This document shows positions 24,532-38,415 of a stretch of 64,000 nt of DNA, piece after piece; position 1 is the stretch's first letter; each line of letters opens with the position of its first letter. This DNA comes from Ranitomeya imitator (Eukaryota). The stretch covers positions 151,776,001 through 151,840,000 of the forward strand of contig NC_091284.1 of assembly GCF_032444005.1 (NCBI RefSeq), written 5' to 3'. Made by a program: the position numbers and the translations under genes. The notes beneath the pieces were generated by a model. It did no database searches and was not told where the DNA came from. It saw only the letters and a program-made list of their open reading frames with translations.

Positions 24532-25649
24532 CGTAGCGCCCCAGGGTCCTGGTCGTCACAGTGGCATTGCTTTCATCATGGGGAGAGTGATGTCATGCTT
24601 GGAGGCAAGGAAGGATAACTTTCACCAGGTAAACACAAACATGCAACATGTTCACACTCCAGGTCACAAGGGGGAGCTTTTGATCCTATTCCTAGGTGAC
24701 TCCCCTATATATATTGTGGTTTGGAGGAAAAGTTATTGAGTTCCTGTCAGAGAGACAGAGGAAAAGGAAGCAGCGGAGCCGTGCAGCCACGAGAAAGTGC
24801 TGCAGCTCCTGGACAGAGATAACACCGAAAGCAGAACAGATTGTTGTGAGCATGTAGGAGAGAGAAGCACAGTCGAGGACACCAGGGGGAGGACAGCAGT
24901 GAACAGACTGTCTACCTGGCAAAGCACAGATAACCGGTAGCCGGAACACCGAGGTTGTAAGGGACTGTAAGACTTACAACAGAGACTGGCAGGACAGCCG
25001 AACTGCAAGTTACCTGTCCGCCTCAATACCCAGGAGGCACAGTGATACATAGAGCATGGGGCATGATAGAGTCCCTGTAAAAAGGCTCGAATCACCTGTC
25101 ATACAGGTTTTATGTCCCATCCTATATGGGGGACAGAGAGAAGAACTGTGAGGACCTAATCAGAAGCCATAGGCACTAAGGGACTACATTACCACCATGC
25201 TAGAAGGAAGGCTTTAATCTCCACCTGGAAAAAGGGACTCCCACCTTGCCTCCAAGCTGGCTGAACCCTGCCTGTCATACAATCTGGTGCCCTGGACTGC
25301 GGTTGCCTGAAGTCTTCAGTAAACAAGGTAATGAGACTGCAAACCTGTGTACTCACTCCTTACTGCACCATTCACCATCATGTTCAATCTACACACGGGG
25401 AGCCCTGGGAATATACTTCACCTGTAGGAAGTTATACCATCTAGCTGCCATAACATCACCCCAGAGGACCCCTTAAAGCAGCGCTGGTCCCCACTGACCG
25501 AATACCACAGGTGGCGTCATGAACATGAACTGTAATCAATATCCCTTTTACATGGGCGCCCAGGGCTACGGACCGGGTCGCCACCGTGACATCCCCCTGT
25601 AAACACCGGACCCGATACCGGGTACCCCACGGCCCTGGCGGGCGTCTCA
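24532..25649 (+). mobile_element. Solo LTR, family A (Gypsy-like), 1118 bp
   Basis: (C)GTAGCGCCCC...GGGCGTCTCA termini and 4-bp TSD GAAA (24528-31 / 25650-53). Confidence 0.8.
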
Positions 25650-25839
25650 GAAACCTACTCAGATTGAGTTTCTGGCTCATCTACAAAAAAATAGCAAATC
25701 AATAAGAAAAATATGAATGACACTGAGAAAAAACGCTCTTAGTACTCACTGTTAAAGGATGAATAAACTCTGAATCATGGACACCTTCCAGAAACCTTCA
25801 CCTTGCTGGAGGTGCTTGCTGTGAAAAAAATGCATGAAA

Positions 25840-26050
25840 AGTCCAAAGAAACAAGAAAAACAGCAGCAGCACTCCAAATATTGGTGAAAAAACAACCTTA
25901 GTCCTTTATTGCATAATAAAAATCTTGGGCAAGGTATTGCGGGTAAACAAGTGCAGATTATGCAGGCAAATGAAACAGGACGACGGACGTTTCGCGCAAT
26001 AAGCGCTTCCACGGGTCCAGATACAGAGAATGGTAAGTCAGTTCTTTTAA
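25840..26050 (-). mobile_element. PLE pseudo-LTR/3' tail in reverse orientation
   Basis: Minus strand shows a hammerhead-like motif, then AATAAAG, then GGAGTGCTGCTG and a T-rich tail. Confidence 0.6.
25978..26018 (-). ncRNA. Degenerate type I hammerhead motif
   Basis: Minus strand GGAC-CCGTGGA-A-GCGC-TTATT-GCGC-GAAAC-GTCC-GTC-GTCC. The core deviates from CUGANGA at two positions. Confidence 0.6.
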
Positions 26051-26122
26051 ACACACATGTGATCACATTTGCATACAATTAAAAATCATGAAAAACACAT
26101 GCGGCAATGTCAGCATAACATA

Positions 26123-27721
<1,599 letters not shown>

Positions 27722-27723
27722 TA

Positions 27724-30562
27724 CAAGACTCTTAAGTCTTACATTGATTGCAATAGGGTACCTCGAGGACTGAGAATTTTTAAACAACCTTCCCAATTTC
27801 AAGATGATTTGGTTTTTAAAAATGAGTGGGAGGCTATCCATCTTGAATGCTCTCAGAAGTTCCTGAAATTAGAGACTGCCAAAAATGAACGAGAGTACGC
27901 TGTGGTATGCGGCCAGTTGGAAAAGCTAAACTTGAACTTTCTTCACGTCATAATGAAAATCAAATTAAAAATTTTCAAAAGAAGTTGGACAGAAAATTGA
28001 TAGTAACACAAATTGAAACAAAACAGAAGAAAAAAGAAAAATTCATGAGGGATAAACAGGACTTTGATACTGGACGAGTTTTTACATGGAAACAACAAGC
28101 CACCAAAAAACTGACATTTATTAATAAAAACCGTAATCAAAGGTTTTTTTTTTAGAAAGAAACCGATTAATGATGGGTGGCTTACAGATTCGGACTCTAG
28201 TGCAGCTAAGGATTGTGTAGAATCGGATGTTTCCACTCCTGGTGTATCAACAGTCCCTTTAGGCATTCCAAGACAAGACGAGGGGGCAGGCATTTCAAAT
28301 CCAGGAAAGAAGCGCAAACGGGTCTCATGGAGACAATAAGTGACTCTGGTGATACAACTATTATAAATTTGTCACGTAAAATCTTGACTTCAGACCATGT
28401 TTCTTTACTTTCAAAAGGCTTGAACTATTGCATTCCTGCGGCATTCGATTTAACTGAGTTTAAAATTGATTTGTTCAAAAGTGTCAGAAAATGACATTTG
28501 TATAAAACATTTATTGATAAAAATGCAAGTCCCACTCATGTGGAGACAAGAAATCTGATTTCCATTGGAACGTTGGGCTTTATGGCATATCCTCCTGATG
28601 ATATTCCTCATAACGATGATGTGCAATTACTTCTCGATATTTCTAGCCCAAATGAATGTTTGTTACAATCACAGGACACTAATATTTCTGGTCTTCCCTT
28701 CACAGGTGGTGTGAGAGATCAAGTTTCGTTCCCCCAACCACACCAGGTAATGTCATAGATTTGTTCCAAGAGCTAGTAGTTAAAGACATTGAGGCTCTAA
28801 TTTATCAGACTCTGCCAAAAAATCTTACTTTACAACAACAAAAAGCGCTGAGAGATGCAATTATGGGACGATGTTGTTTTCCGCAGTGCAGATAAAGGCA
28901 GTAATATAGTTGTATTAGAAAAGGATTATTATATACAAGAGGCATTGTCCCAATTGAATCAAACAGACACATATATACGCCTCACTAGTAATCCTATTTC
29001 TAAATACAAAACTTCTCTAATGTCATTCCTGCGCAAAAATGGTGAAAATGGTGTGTTGACGCAAAAGGAAGGTGAGAAACTGTTTCCTTCATTTCCTTGT
29101 ATTCCACATTGGTATACAATTCCAAAAATTCACAAGTCAGTTTCACACCCTCCCGGACGACCGATTGTGTCAGGTCTGAATTCTGTTACAGAACCTCTCT
29201 CCCAATATCTGGATTGGTGTTTAAAACCGCTGCTGTCCCAAATTCCCTCTTTTGTGCGTGATTCTGGTGACTTTCTCAGGATTTTACAGTCAATTGAATG
29301 GCAACCTAATTTTTCTTTAACTTCTATAGATATAGAGAGTCTATACACCAGAATCCTGCACAATCTTGGTATGGCAGTGGTAGAGAGAATTTTACGCAAT
29401 TCAAATAAATCATCCACATTTGTTTCTTTTATATTAGAGGGGCTTGATTTTGTATTAACTCACAACGCATTCAAATTTCTGGATCAGTGGTACCTACAAG
29501 AGGTCGGTACCGCAATGGGTACACCCGTAGCATGCGTTTTCGCCAATTTATTCTTGGCAGCCTTTGTGGAGAAGTTTATTACTGGTATAAAGAATCCCTT
29601 CTTGAAGCATATAGAATGCTATTTACGTTATGTGGACGATATATTTGTTATCTGGGATAGTGATATTTCTGAATTCTGTTTTTCTTGTTTCTTTGGACTA
29701 CAAAAAAATAGCATCATCACTGCCATGGGTGGCACATGCGCAGTTATCTCTAGAAGACACCATTGAGCCAAGAACTCAATATGTGCATGCGCCGCCCAAG
29801 GCATCGACCGATTAAGTTTGAAATTTCAAACACAGGTAATAGGTCACTAAAAGAAAGCAGGACTTTTCTCCTCTCCATAATCCTAAATCTCTTATTTTCA
29901 ACAAGAGACTTATAGGTACATATGACGACCAACAGCCAGAAGTAATGAAAATACTAAGAAAATACTGGGAAATCTTAAAAACTGATCCCGATCTGGCCAA
30001 ATCGATCTCCCCATATCCATCAGTGACATATAGAAGAGGGAGATCAATAAAAGATCAAGTCGTCTGTAGTCACTACACTCCCCCAAAGAAAGAAGGGACA
30101 TGGCTGGATCAAAGATCGGTAGGGACTTTTAGATGTGGACACTGTAATTTCTGCAAATACATCACACCTTAAAATTCATTTCAGAGCTCGGTCACCAAAA
30201 GAATTTATAAAAACAAATGCTTTGCAAACTGTAAGACCGAGGGGGTGATCTACTTGTGTACCTGCTTCTGCCCCAAAGACTATGTGGGTAAAACCAAGAG
30301 ACAATTACGTGTCAGAATAGGGGAACATCTGGGAGATATCAGGAATAAGAGAGACACCCCAATAGCAGGACATGTAAACTCTCAACATCTGGGTGACCTA
30401 GACAGCATAAAATTTAGAGCTATTGAGGTGGTTAACCCACCTATTAGACAAGACAACTGGGACAGAAAAATTCTGCAAAGAGAAAGCAGATGGAAACTTT
30501 GGCTGGAGAGTTTGAGTCCAGCTGGCTTAAATGAGCAAATAAGCTTCGTAAGCTTCATATGA
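27724..30562 (+). pseudogene. PLE polyprotein (N-terminal domain, RT, GIY-YIG endonuclease), frameshifted
   Basis: RT motifs ADKGSNIVV, YTIPKIHK, PGRPIVSG, SIDIESLY, GTAMGT, RYVDD; linker GTFRCGHCNFC; endonuclease IYLCTC...YVGKTKR.LRVRIGEH...RESRW...GLNE. Confidence 0.9.
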
Positions 30563-31082
30563 GTATGTTTGGTGTTTTGGAAGGAAAATTTTCTGATAAG
30601 AGAACCCCATTAAGCCAGATGAACCTACTATTGGGTGATGAACACCAATATTTAATTGAGCAGTATAACAATGGAAGCACTTCTAATAGCATGTAACTAT
30701 ATGGGAGGGGTCACAGATAACCCCATTATTGTTTTTTGGATCCGATATGCATAACCTATCTTTTGGACTGTGCATAATTTAATAAAAGATAATAAGCGTT
30801 TGTTTCAATTATCTTAGTGGAATGCAATTTGCGTGCCAAAGACCGGATGTCAGCTTCACAGGAAATTAGGCTGACATGCATATGCGTTCCACGGACCGGA
30901 AGTATATCCGAATACTGGAAGTACTATCCAATGCAGCAAACAGGAGACTTGAAGGACGGCGAGGGTCTTATGTTTGCCTCTAACTAAGGTATTTACGGCC
31001 CCGCAGATATAAATAAGTGGGTTGCGCAGTCCACCCCACCCATTTTTTTTTGTCTCCCCACTGTGTCGTACTCCTTTCTTTG

Positions 31083-31137
31083 GTCCCCTGACGAGCCCCA
31101 ATATGAGGAAGGGGCGAAACGCGTAAAGACATGGGAC
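31083..31137 (+). ncRNA. Type I hammerhead ribozyme in the PLE 3' region
   Basis: GTCCC-CTGACGA-GCCCC-(11 nt)-GGGGC-GAAAC-GCGTA-(7 nt)-GGGAC; canonical core and palindromic stem III ACGCGT. Confidence 0.85.
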
Positions 31138-31743
31138 TACTACTGCAATGAAGCAAAGCTAAGTGATCCATTGGGATCTCGCTGTTTTACTGCAAAATGG
31201 TGTTATTCTTCTGTTTTTGTCTAATCAGATGTCATGCCTAAACTTCTGGTCTATATGTGGGTTATTTATTCACAATAGATCTATTAGCTATATGACCTGT
31301 ATACTTCCAAATATACTATGTTTCAATTTTAAGAGTGTTAAGGTCGGTTGATATATGTGACCTATGAGGCGGTTATTCAATAAATGTTAGTATGGACAGT
31401 CTCTTTTTTTGCTGCCTAAATTGAGGTGTTATATAGACACCATTGGTATTACCTAAAATCTACTATACTATTTCTAAAAAAGACCAAGGGAGATCTATAT
31501 ATAGAGTGTTATTGACATCTTAGGCAAGCTATAGTTTATTGAACACAGCAGGTGCCATAGACATTTTGTGTGGTATACATGTTGAACTACATAATTATTC
31601 TCCTAGACCAGGGGCTTGTAGGGATATAAGGGACAGCCGACGTGGAGCGGGGGTGCCATATCGAATTTAGGGTGTCAACCTCCGCTGTCAGGAAGGCTAC
31701 CAGACTATTAGGGTTCTGGTAGGGACTGGATAGGAATAATATA

Positions 31744-32290
31744 CCGTATTTTCCGGCGTATAAGACGACTGGGCGTATAAGACGACCCCCCAACTTTTCC
31801 AGTTAAAATATAAAATCTTCTTAAAAGTCGGGGGTGGTCTTATACGCTGTATGTTGTCTTATAGGGCCGGTGACTAATGTGCCTTTTTGGGGGGGGAGTG
31901 GTCCCGATGACGGAGGGGGTGTCTCACGGGGAAGTGTGAGTGGAGTATGCCCCATTACCTCACATTGTAGCTGCAGCCAGCGTCAGCATGGGGTGCTGGG
32001 GAGCGGCGGCAGCTGCTCCTCTTTGTGCCGCGTGGGTGCTGTGGGGCGGCGGCTCCTCTTCCTGCAGCGTCGGGGCTCTAAGCTGTGGGGCGGCAGCGGC
32101 AGCGTATCTTCATAGAGAGTCAGTCGGGGCTCCTCCGGCATCTCCTGAAAGCCCGGAGGCGCCGGCAGCTCCATTGCTGCGATGCAGTGGCCTCCGGGAA
32201 AATGGCCGCTGGGGGCGGCGCATGCTCAGATTCAGATCTCGTCTCCCGAGATCTCGGGCAAGATCTCCCGTTGGAGATCAAGGGTCACAT
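31744..32290 (+). mobile_element. Tc2/pogo-like MITE, left part
   Basis: TA-CCGTATTTTCCGGCGTATAAGACG terminus. Confidence 0.6.
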
Positions 32291-33128
32291 GCTCAGGTAC
32301 TGCAGCACATTCCATTGGTCCCCCAGGAAGGTCCTGACAGGGCAAAACTTCGGTAGCAGCTTCCTGTGCTGCAACTATATAAACTGCGCATGACCGCACG
32401 GCCATGCGCTAGTATTGTCTTGATAATATGTGTGTGTGTGTTGTGAGTGAAAGTCGCTCTTTAAAATACCCTCCCTATTGGATGACTGTTCGCGGAAGGT
32501 GTATGTTTGCTATCTAGTGCCCGACTTATCCAACAGCACGTTACACACATAACAGCGTCTAGTTGCTGTGACCGCCTGTACGGCGCCGTGCGCTTCCTCT
32601 GCGCTTTCCTTACCCAAGCCTGGGTGGTTAGTGGCGTCCGTCAGTGCGGCACTGCATGCACTCTCGTGCCTTTATATACTATTTTAATAGTTTCCTTACA
32701 CACCCAGTTGCGGTGTTGTGCCAGCAAGTGGTCTAATCGGACTTCAATCCTGTGTTGGGGTTGTGTTCGCTGACTTCTTGCTCGCGCTCTATGTGCGGTA
32801 CCGTGGTCCTGTGACTCAACAGGATCGCTTCCTTCACGCAGGGTGAAGTTTACCCGTGCGTGTATACTTATAGTACCGCCATATAGTCCGTCTTACTAGC
32901 AGCCTAGTTTCATATCATCTATACTTGGTGCGTTCCGCCAGTCCTTAACAAACATTTGAAGAAAAAATATGTTCATTCATAAAAAACCCCAAAAATAAAC
33001 GAACAAAAAAAAAACCCTAATGGATTGTGATCTAGTATGACATCTGGTCTACATAACACAGAACGTATCCTTTCATTAAGCCTGAAAGTAAAATAATATA
33101 CGAAATGTACAGTATACCTAGAACTTAC

Positions 33129-33265
33129 CAACCATCCAGTCCATTTCCTCTATGTTGTCTCCATACAAGTCGTGTTGGCTTCTCCCTCTGAACTCCTTGG
33201 TGGTATAATAAGGAGTGTGGATATGAAGAAAAGATACAAAAAGAAGAAATGGCCTGTCTTTGTTC
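33129..33265 (-). CDS. Arylsulfatase internal exon, 137 nt
   Basis: AG at 33267-66 and GT at 33128-27. Encodes (R)[45 protein letters not shown](G), phase 2 to 1. Confidence 0.95.
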
Positions 33266-33731
33266 CTGAAAAATAATAGCAGCCAATGATTGGTTATATG
33301 GTAGGTAAAAAAAACATATGGCTACCAATTTATATTGATACAGTGATACCCATGACGGGGTTTTCCCCCACTATTTCAGTTTCTGTCATTGGGTGATAGC
33401 ACTGTAGCTTTGTATATTCCTTGTGATTTGTGGTGTTGTACGAGATGTTTAAAGATGAGAGCTCTCTTCAAACTGGCATAGGACATGGGAGCTAGTAATA
33501 AAGTATTAAAATTGAATGCTGTCAGCGACTTCTACAAATGTTCACGGTTCAAAATAGTGAAAAAGAAGAAAAAAGCAAAGCAAAAATACTTAAATCTAAT
33601 CCCGCCCGTAAAAAAAAGAAATAAATATATCTTTTCACTAGGCAAAGAGAGTAGTTAATAGAAAATAAAGATTATATCATGTTCTACTAGTTTTAATTGT
33701 TAACCATTATAAAGTGCAAAGTATGTTTTAC

Positions 33732-34155
33732 CTGTTAATGAATGCCTTGGCCTCCTGTACTATTTTCCCAGCATTTTTTTCTAGGTTCATCGGTTGTTCA
33801 ACCACTTCAAAATTTCTCATAACTATACAGTTCCAATATTGTAGGAATGCATAGGCTATATACCAATACATAAAGCACAATGTGCCAGACAGGGCACAGA
33901 TCAGAATAATTTTCCAGGGAATGTTGATTAATTTCCATTTCTTGCAGGCTATTACTGTAAGCACTGTGATAATGAATACCTGTGCCTGCAACCATAACGT
34001 TTTTTTATATTCTTTATGAATTTCACTTGGCCTTGAGACTTCGCAGTCATTAAGAGCTGATAAAGGATTACCATAAAAATAATCAAAGCCATGGTTTAAT
34101 GGATGGTGGCAAAAATCATCCCTAGAGTTACAGTTTACACCAAGATGCCATTTAC
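33732..34155 (-). CDS. Arylsulfatase internal exon, 424 nt (GKWHLG motif and transmembrane hairpin)
   Basis: AG at 34157-56 and GT at 33731-30. Encodes GKWHLGVNCNSRDDFCHHPLNHGFDYFYG...two hydrophobic helices...YWNCIVMRNFEVVEQPM...FINR, phase 1 to 2. Confidence 0.96.
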
Positions 34156-34296
34156 CTGTATGAAAAAAAGAAAGAAAAAATAATTGTACATTGAATTTTA
34201 ATCCACAAACCAAACCATACCACATATTACCGCCACATAGTGACCGAATACCACATACAAGGAATAAATACTGCAATAACATGACCAGACCGCATA

Positions 34297-36907
34297 CATT
34301 GGGGAAAATAAGTATGTGATACCTTGCTGATTTTCTAAGTTTGCCCACTGACAAAGACATGAACAGTCTATAATTTTAAGGGTAGGTTAATTTTAACATT
34401 GAGCGATAGAAAATCAAAATTAAAATCCAGAAAATCACATTGTATAAATTCTATGAATGTATTTGAATTTTGCAGTGAGAAATAAGTATTTGATCCCCTA
34501 CCAACCATTAAGAGTTCTGGCTCTTACAGACCAGTTAGATTCTCCTAACCAACTCATAACCTCCATTAAAGACTGCTGTTTTACATAGTCACCTTTATAA
34601 AAGACTCCTGTCCACAGATTCAATTAATCAGTCAGACTCTAACCTCTACAATATGGGCAATACCAAAGAGCTTTATAAGGATGTCAGGGACAAGAACATA
34701 GACCTGCACAAAGCTGTAATGGGCTACAAAATCATAAGTAAGATGCTGGGTGAGAAGGAGACAACTGTTGGTGCAATAGTAAGAAAATGGAAGAAATACA
34801 AAATGACTGTCAATCGACATCAATCTGGGGCACCATGCAAAATCTCGTGGGGTATCCTTGATCATGAGGAAGGTGAGAGATCAGCCTAAAACTACATGGG
34901 GGAACTTGTTAATGATCTCAAGGCAGCTGGGACCACTATCACCAAAAAAATCATTGGTAACACATTACGCCGTAAACATTTAAAATCCTACAGCGCCCGC
35001 AAGGTCCCCCTGCTCAAGAAGGCACATGTGCAGACCAGTGTGAAGTTTGCCAATGAACACTTGGATGATTCTGTGAGTGATTGGGAGAAGGTGCTGTGGT
35101 CAGACGAGACAAAAATTGAGGTCTTTGGCATTAATTCAACTCCCCATGTTGGAGGAAGAGAAATGCCTATGACCCAAAGAACACTTTCCCGACTGTCAAG
35201 CATGGAGTTGGAAACATTATGTTTTGGGGGTGTTTCTTTAATAAGGGCACAGGACTACTTCACCACATCAATGAGAGAATGGATAGAGCCATATGCTGTA
35301 AAATCCTGAGTGCAAACCTCCATCACTCCGCCAGGACATTAAAAATGGGTCTTGGCTGGATCTTAAAGCAAGACAATGACCCAAAACATACAGACAACAA
35401 CAAAGGAGTGGCTCAAAAAGAAGCACATTAAGGTCATGGAGTGACCTAGCCAGTTTCCAGACCTTAATCCCATAGAAAACTTCTGGACGGAGTTGAAGCT
35501 CCGAGTCACCAAGCGACAGCCTCAAAATCTTAATGATTTAGAGATGATCTGCAAAGAGGAGTGGACCAAAATTCCTCTGACGGGCTCAAACCTCATTATC
35601 AACTACAAAAATGTCTGACTGCTGTGCTTGCTAACAAGGGTTTTGCCACCTAGTATTACCGTATTTTTCGCTTTATAAGACGCACCTGATTATAAGACGC
35701 ACCCCCAAATTTGGTGAAGAGAAAGAGAAAAAAATAATATTTCATGTTACATGGGGGTCTGTCTTATAATGCTAGTGTCCGTCTTACAAATCATATGTCC
35801 CTCATCCTGGTATCTATATAACCCCCATCCTTGTGCTGGCACATGCCCCCCTGTGCTGCTGTCAGGCACATACCCCCTGGGTCACTATATGCCCCCTTGT
35901 GCTGGCAGACACATGCCCCCGGTCACAATATACCCCCCAATGCTGGCAGGGACATGCCCCCCTGTGCTGCTAGCAGGTACATGGCCTCCTGTGCTGCTGG
36001 CAGACCCATGCCCCCCTGTGCTGCTGGCAGACACATGCCCCCCTGTGCTGCTGGCAGACACATGCCCCCCTGTGCTGCTGGCAGACACATGCCCCCCACC
36101 CCTGTGTAGCGGCAGACACATGCTTTCCCCCATGCTGCTAGCAGGCACATGATAAAATAACAAACACTTAACTCACCTTCCGATGATGGCTCTGTGCTCA
36201 CAGCTCCTCGGTTGTGCTTCCTGTTTCCCAGGCATCAGATCATGTGGCCTGGGCAAAAAATGATGGAGTGAGGAGTGTGAGCAGGGAGCCATCATCAGAA
36301 GGTGAGTTAAGTGTTTGTTATTTTATCATGTGCCTGCCAGCAGCAAATGGGGGGCATGTGTCTGCCAGCAGCACAGGGGGGCATATAAGAGTGATGGGGG
36401 GCCATATTCATGATGGGAGGGGGGGAGATGCAGGCACATGTAATATTGGCTGCTCCCCTGTGAATCAACTTCAGCACGAAGGTGATGGACAGCAGGTGCA
36501 GTGAATATTACATGAGGCTAATGAGCGGAAGCACAGGACCTCCTGCTGTCTCTGCAGCCAGTCCACTCCAGCCCCCTGACACCACTTCAGAGCCGCCCCC
36601 CTCCTCTACAGCACAGCACATCACACAGATTCGGATTATAAGACGCACCCCAACTTTCCCCCAAAATTTTGGGGAACAAAAGTGCGTCTTATAATCCGAA
36701 AAATACGGTAAGTCTTGTTTGCAACAGGGATCAAATACTTATTTCTGACAGAAAAATGCAAATAAATGTCTAAAATTTATACAATGTGATTTTCTGGATT
36801 TTATTTTTGATATTCTAGCTCTCAATGTTAAAATTAACTTACACGTAAAATTATAGACTGTTCATGTCTTTGTCAGTGGGCACATCAAATACTTATTTCT
36901 CCAACTG
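34297..36907 (+). mobile_element. Tc1 element (decayed) interrupted by a MITE
   Basis: TA-CATTGGGGAAAATAAG...CTTATTTCTCCAACTG-TA. Fragments read [29 protein letters not shown]. Confidence 0.9.
35659..36708. mobile_element. Complete Tc2/pogo-like MITE, 1050 bp, with an internal ~27-bp minisatellite
   Basis: TA-CCGTATTTTTCG...CGAAAAATACGG-TA, inserted just after the Tc1 stop region. Unit CATGCCCCCCTGTGCTGCTGGCAGACA at 35870-36140. Confidence 0.88.
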
Positions 36908-37141
36908 TATGTAACATTAAATGGATGTGTTTATGAAATTATGAACAGGATTAAAATGGAACTGTGGTCACTTTATTCTACTTGGAAAATTGGAAATTAA
37001 CCGAAAAAATCACATCAGGACAAATTGACCAGTGTTGCCTCAATGAATTAGTGAGTCCATAACATACAATCCCTTTAACGATATCAACTCTTTTATATGT
37101 AGATGCATTCTTTAGAAATACCCTATAAAGTTAATGCTCAC

Positions 37142-37267
37142 CAATGATTCCTGTAGAATAACCTTGCTCCTTTAGGAGTTTGGCAAATGTTGTTTCATTT
37201 GTGGGAAGTCCTCCTGAAGCGGCATTCCATGTTAGCACCCTATAACCACTTTCATGGCTGGTCATTC
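37142..37267 (-). CDS. Arylsulfatase internal exon, 126 nt
   Basis: AG at 37269-68 and GT at 37141-40. Encodes [42 protein letters not shown](G), phase 1 to 1. Confidence 0.95.
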
Positions 37268-38112
37268 CTAAATAGATTAATAATTTAGCATTGTCATTCA
37301 GTGCTATGGGTCTTAGGTTCGAAATATGCTGTAAAATTACCAAAATGTAACTGTTAAAAAAAAAAAGCCTATGACTGATTTATACTAACCCTATCCCCCC
37401 AGCCTACTTTCACCGTACTGACCAGGACATTGTTTGCAATTCCGACCAGTGTTACCTTAAGAGGTTATAACTCTGGAATGCTTCAACATATCCCAGTGAT
37501 TCAGAGAGTTTTTTCTAGACATATTGTAAATCATGCTAGTGGTAAACTTTTGTTTACACAATTTGTAATTATTTATTTATGAAAATATGGAAAATTTGAT
37601 GCAAAATATGAGATTTTAGCAATTTTCAAAACTTTTAATTTTTGTGTCCTTAAACCAGATAAGTATACTACACAAAATAGTTAGCAAATAGCATTTACCA
37701 CATGTACACTTTACATCTGCATCATTTTTGAACCATAATTTTTGTTTTTGTTTTTGTGTTAATAAGTTAGAAGGGTTGAAATCTTATCAGCAATTTCTAT
37801 TTTTGTCAACAAAATTTACAAAATCAATTTCTTTTTAGAGGTCACATCAAATTTGAAGTGACATTGAGGGGTCTTTGTCACAGGAAATACCCCCCAAAAG
37901 ACACCATTTTAAACACTACACCACTCAAAGTGCTAAATAAACCACATTCTAGAAGTTTATTAACGCTTTAGGGGCTTCACTGGAATTAAAGCGATATGGA
38001 AGGTTAACATAAACATTTTACTTTTTCTCACAAAAATATTGCTTTAGCCTCAAATGTTGAATTTTCACAAGCATAACAGGATAAAATGGATCCTAAAATT
38101 TGTTTTGCAGCT

Positions 38113-38415
38113 TCACACCTCTTCAGGAAAGCATACAGCCTGCACTGACCCCGCTGCCTCCTCATCACTACCGGAGATACTGCCTCACCAACACCGGAGC
38201 TCCTGCAACCCTCAACCTACTGTCTCCTTCCCCATAATCCTGTAGAATGTAAGCCCGCAAGGGCAGGGTCCTCGCCCCTCTATATCAGTCTGTCATTGTT
38301 AGTTTGTTTACTATAAGTGATATCTGCAATTTGTATGTAACCCCTTCTCATATACAGCACCATGGAATCAATGGTGCTATATAAATAAATAATAATAATA
38401 ATAATAATAATAATA
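38113..38415 (+). mobile_element. L2/CR1-clade LINE 3' end
   Basis: ORF2 C-terminus SHLFRKAYSLH*, a 3' stem-loop (AGCACCATGGAATCAATGGTGCT) and an (AAT)n tail. Confidence 0.85.

Noticed and set aside
35751-36504. CPPVLLA/GGHVSASS repeat ORFs
   Set aside because: Translations of the 27-bp array in the Tc2-like MITE.
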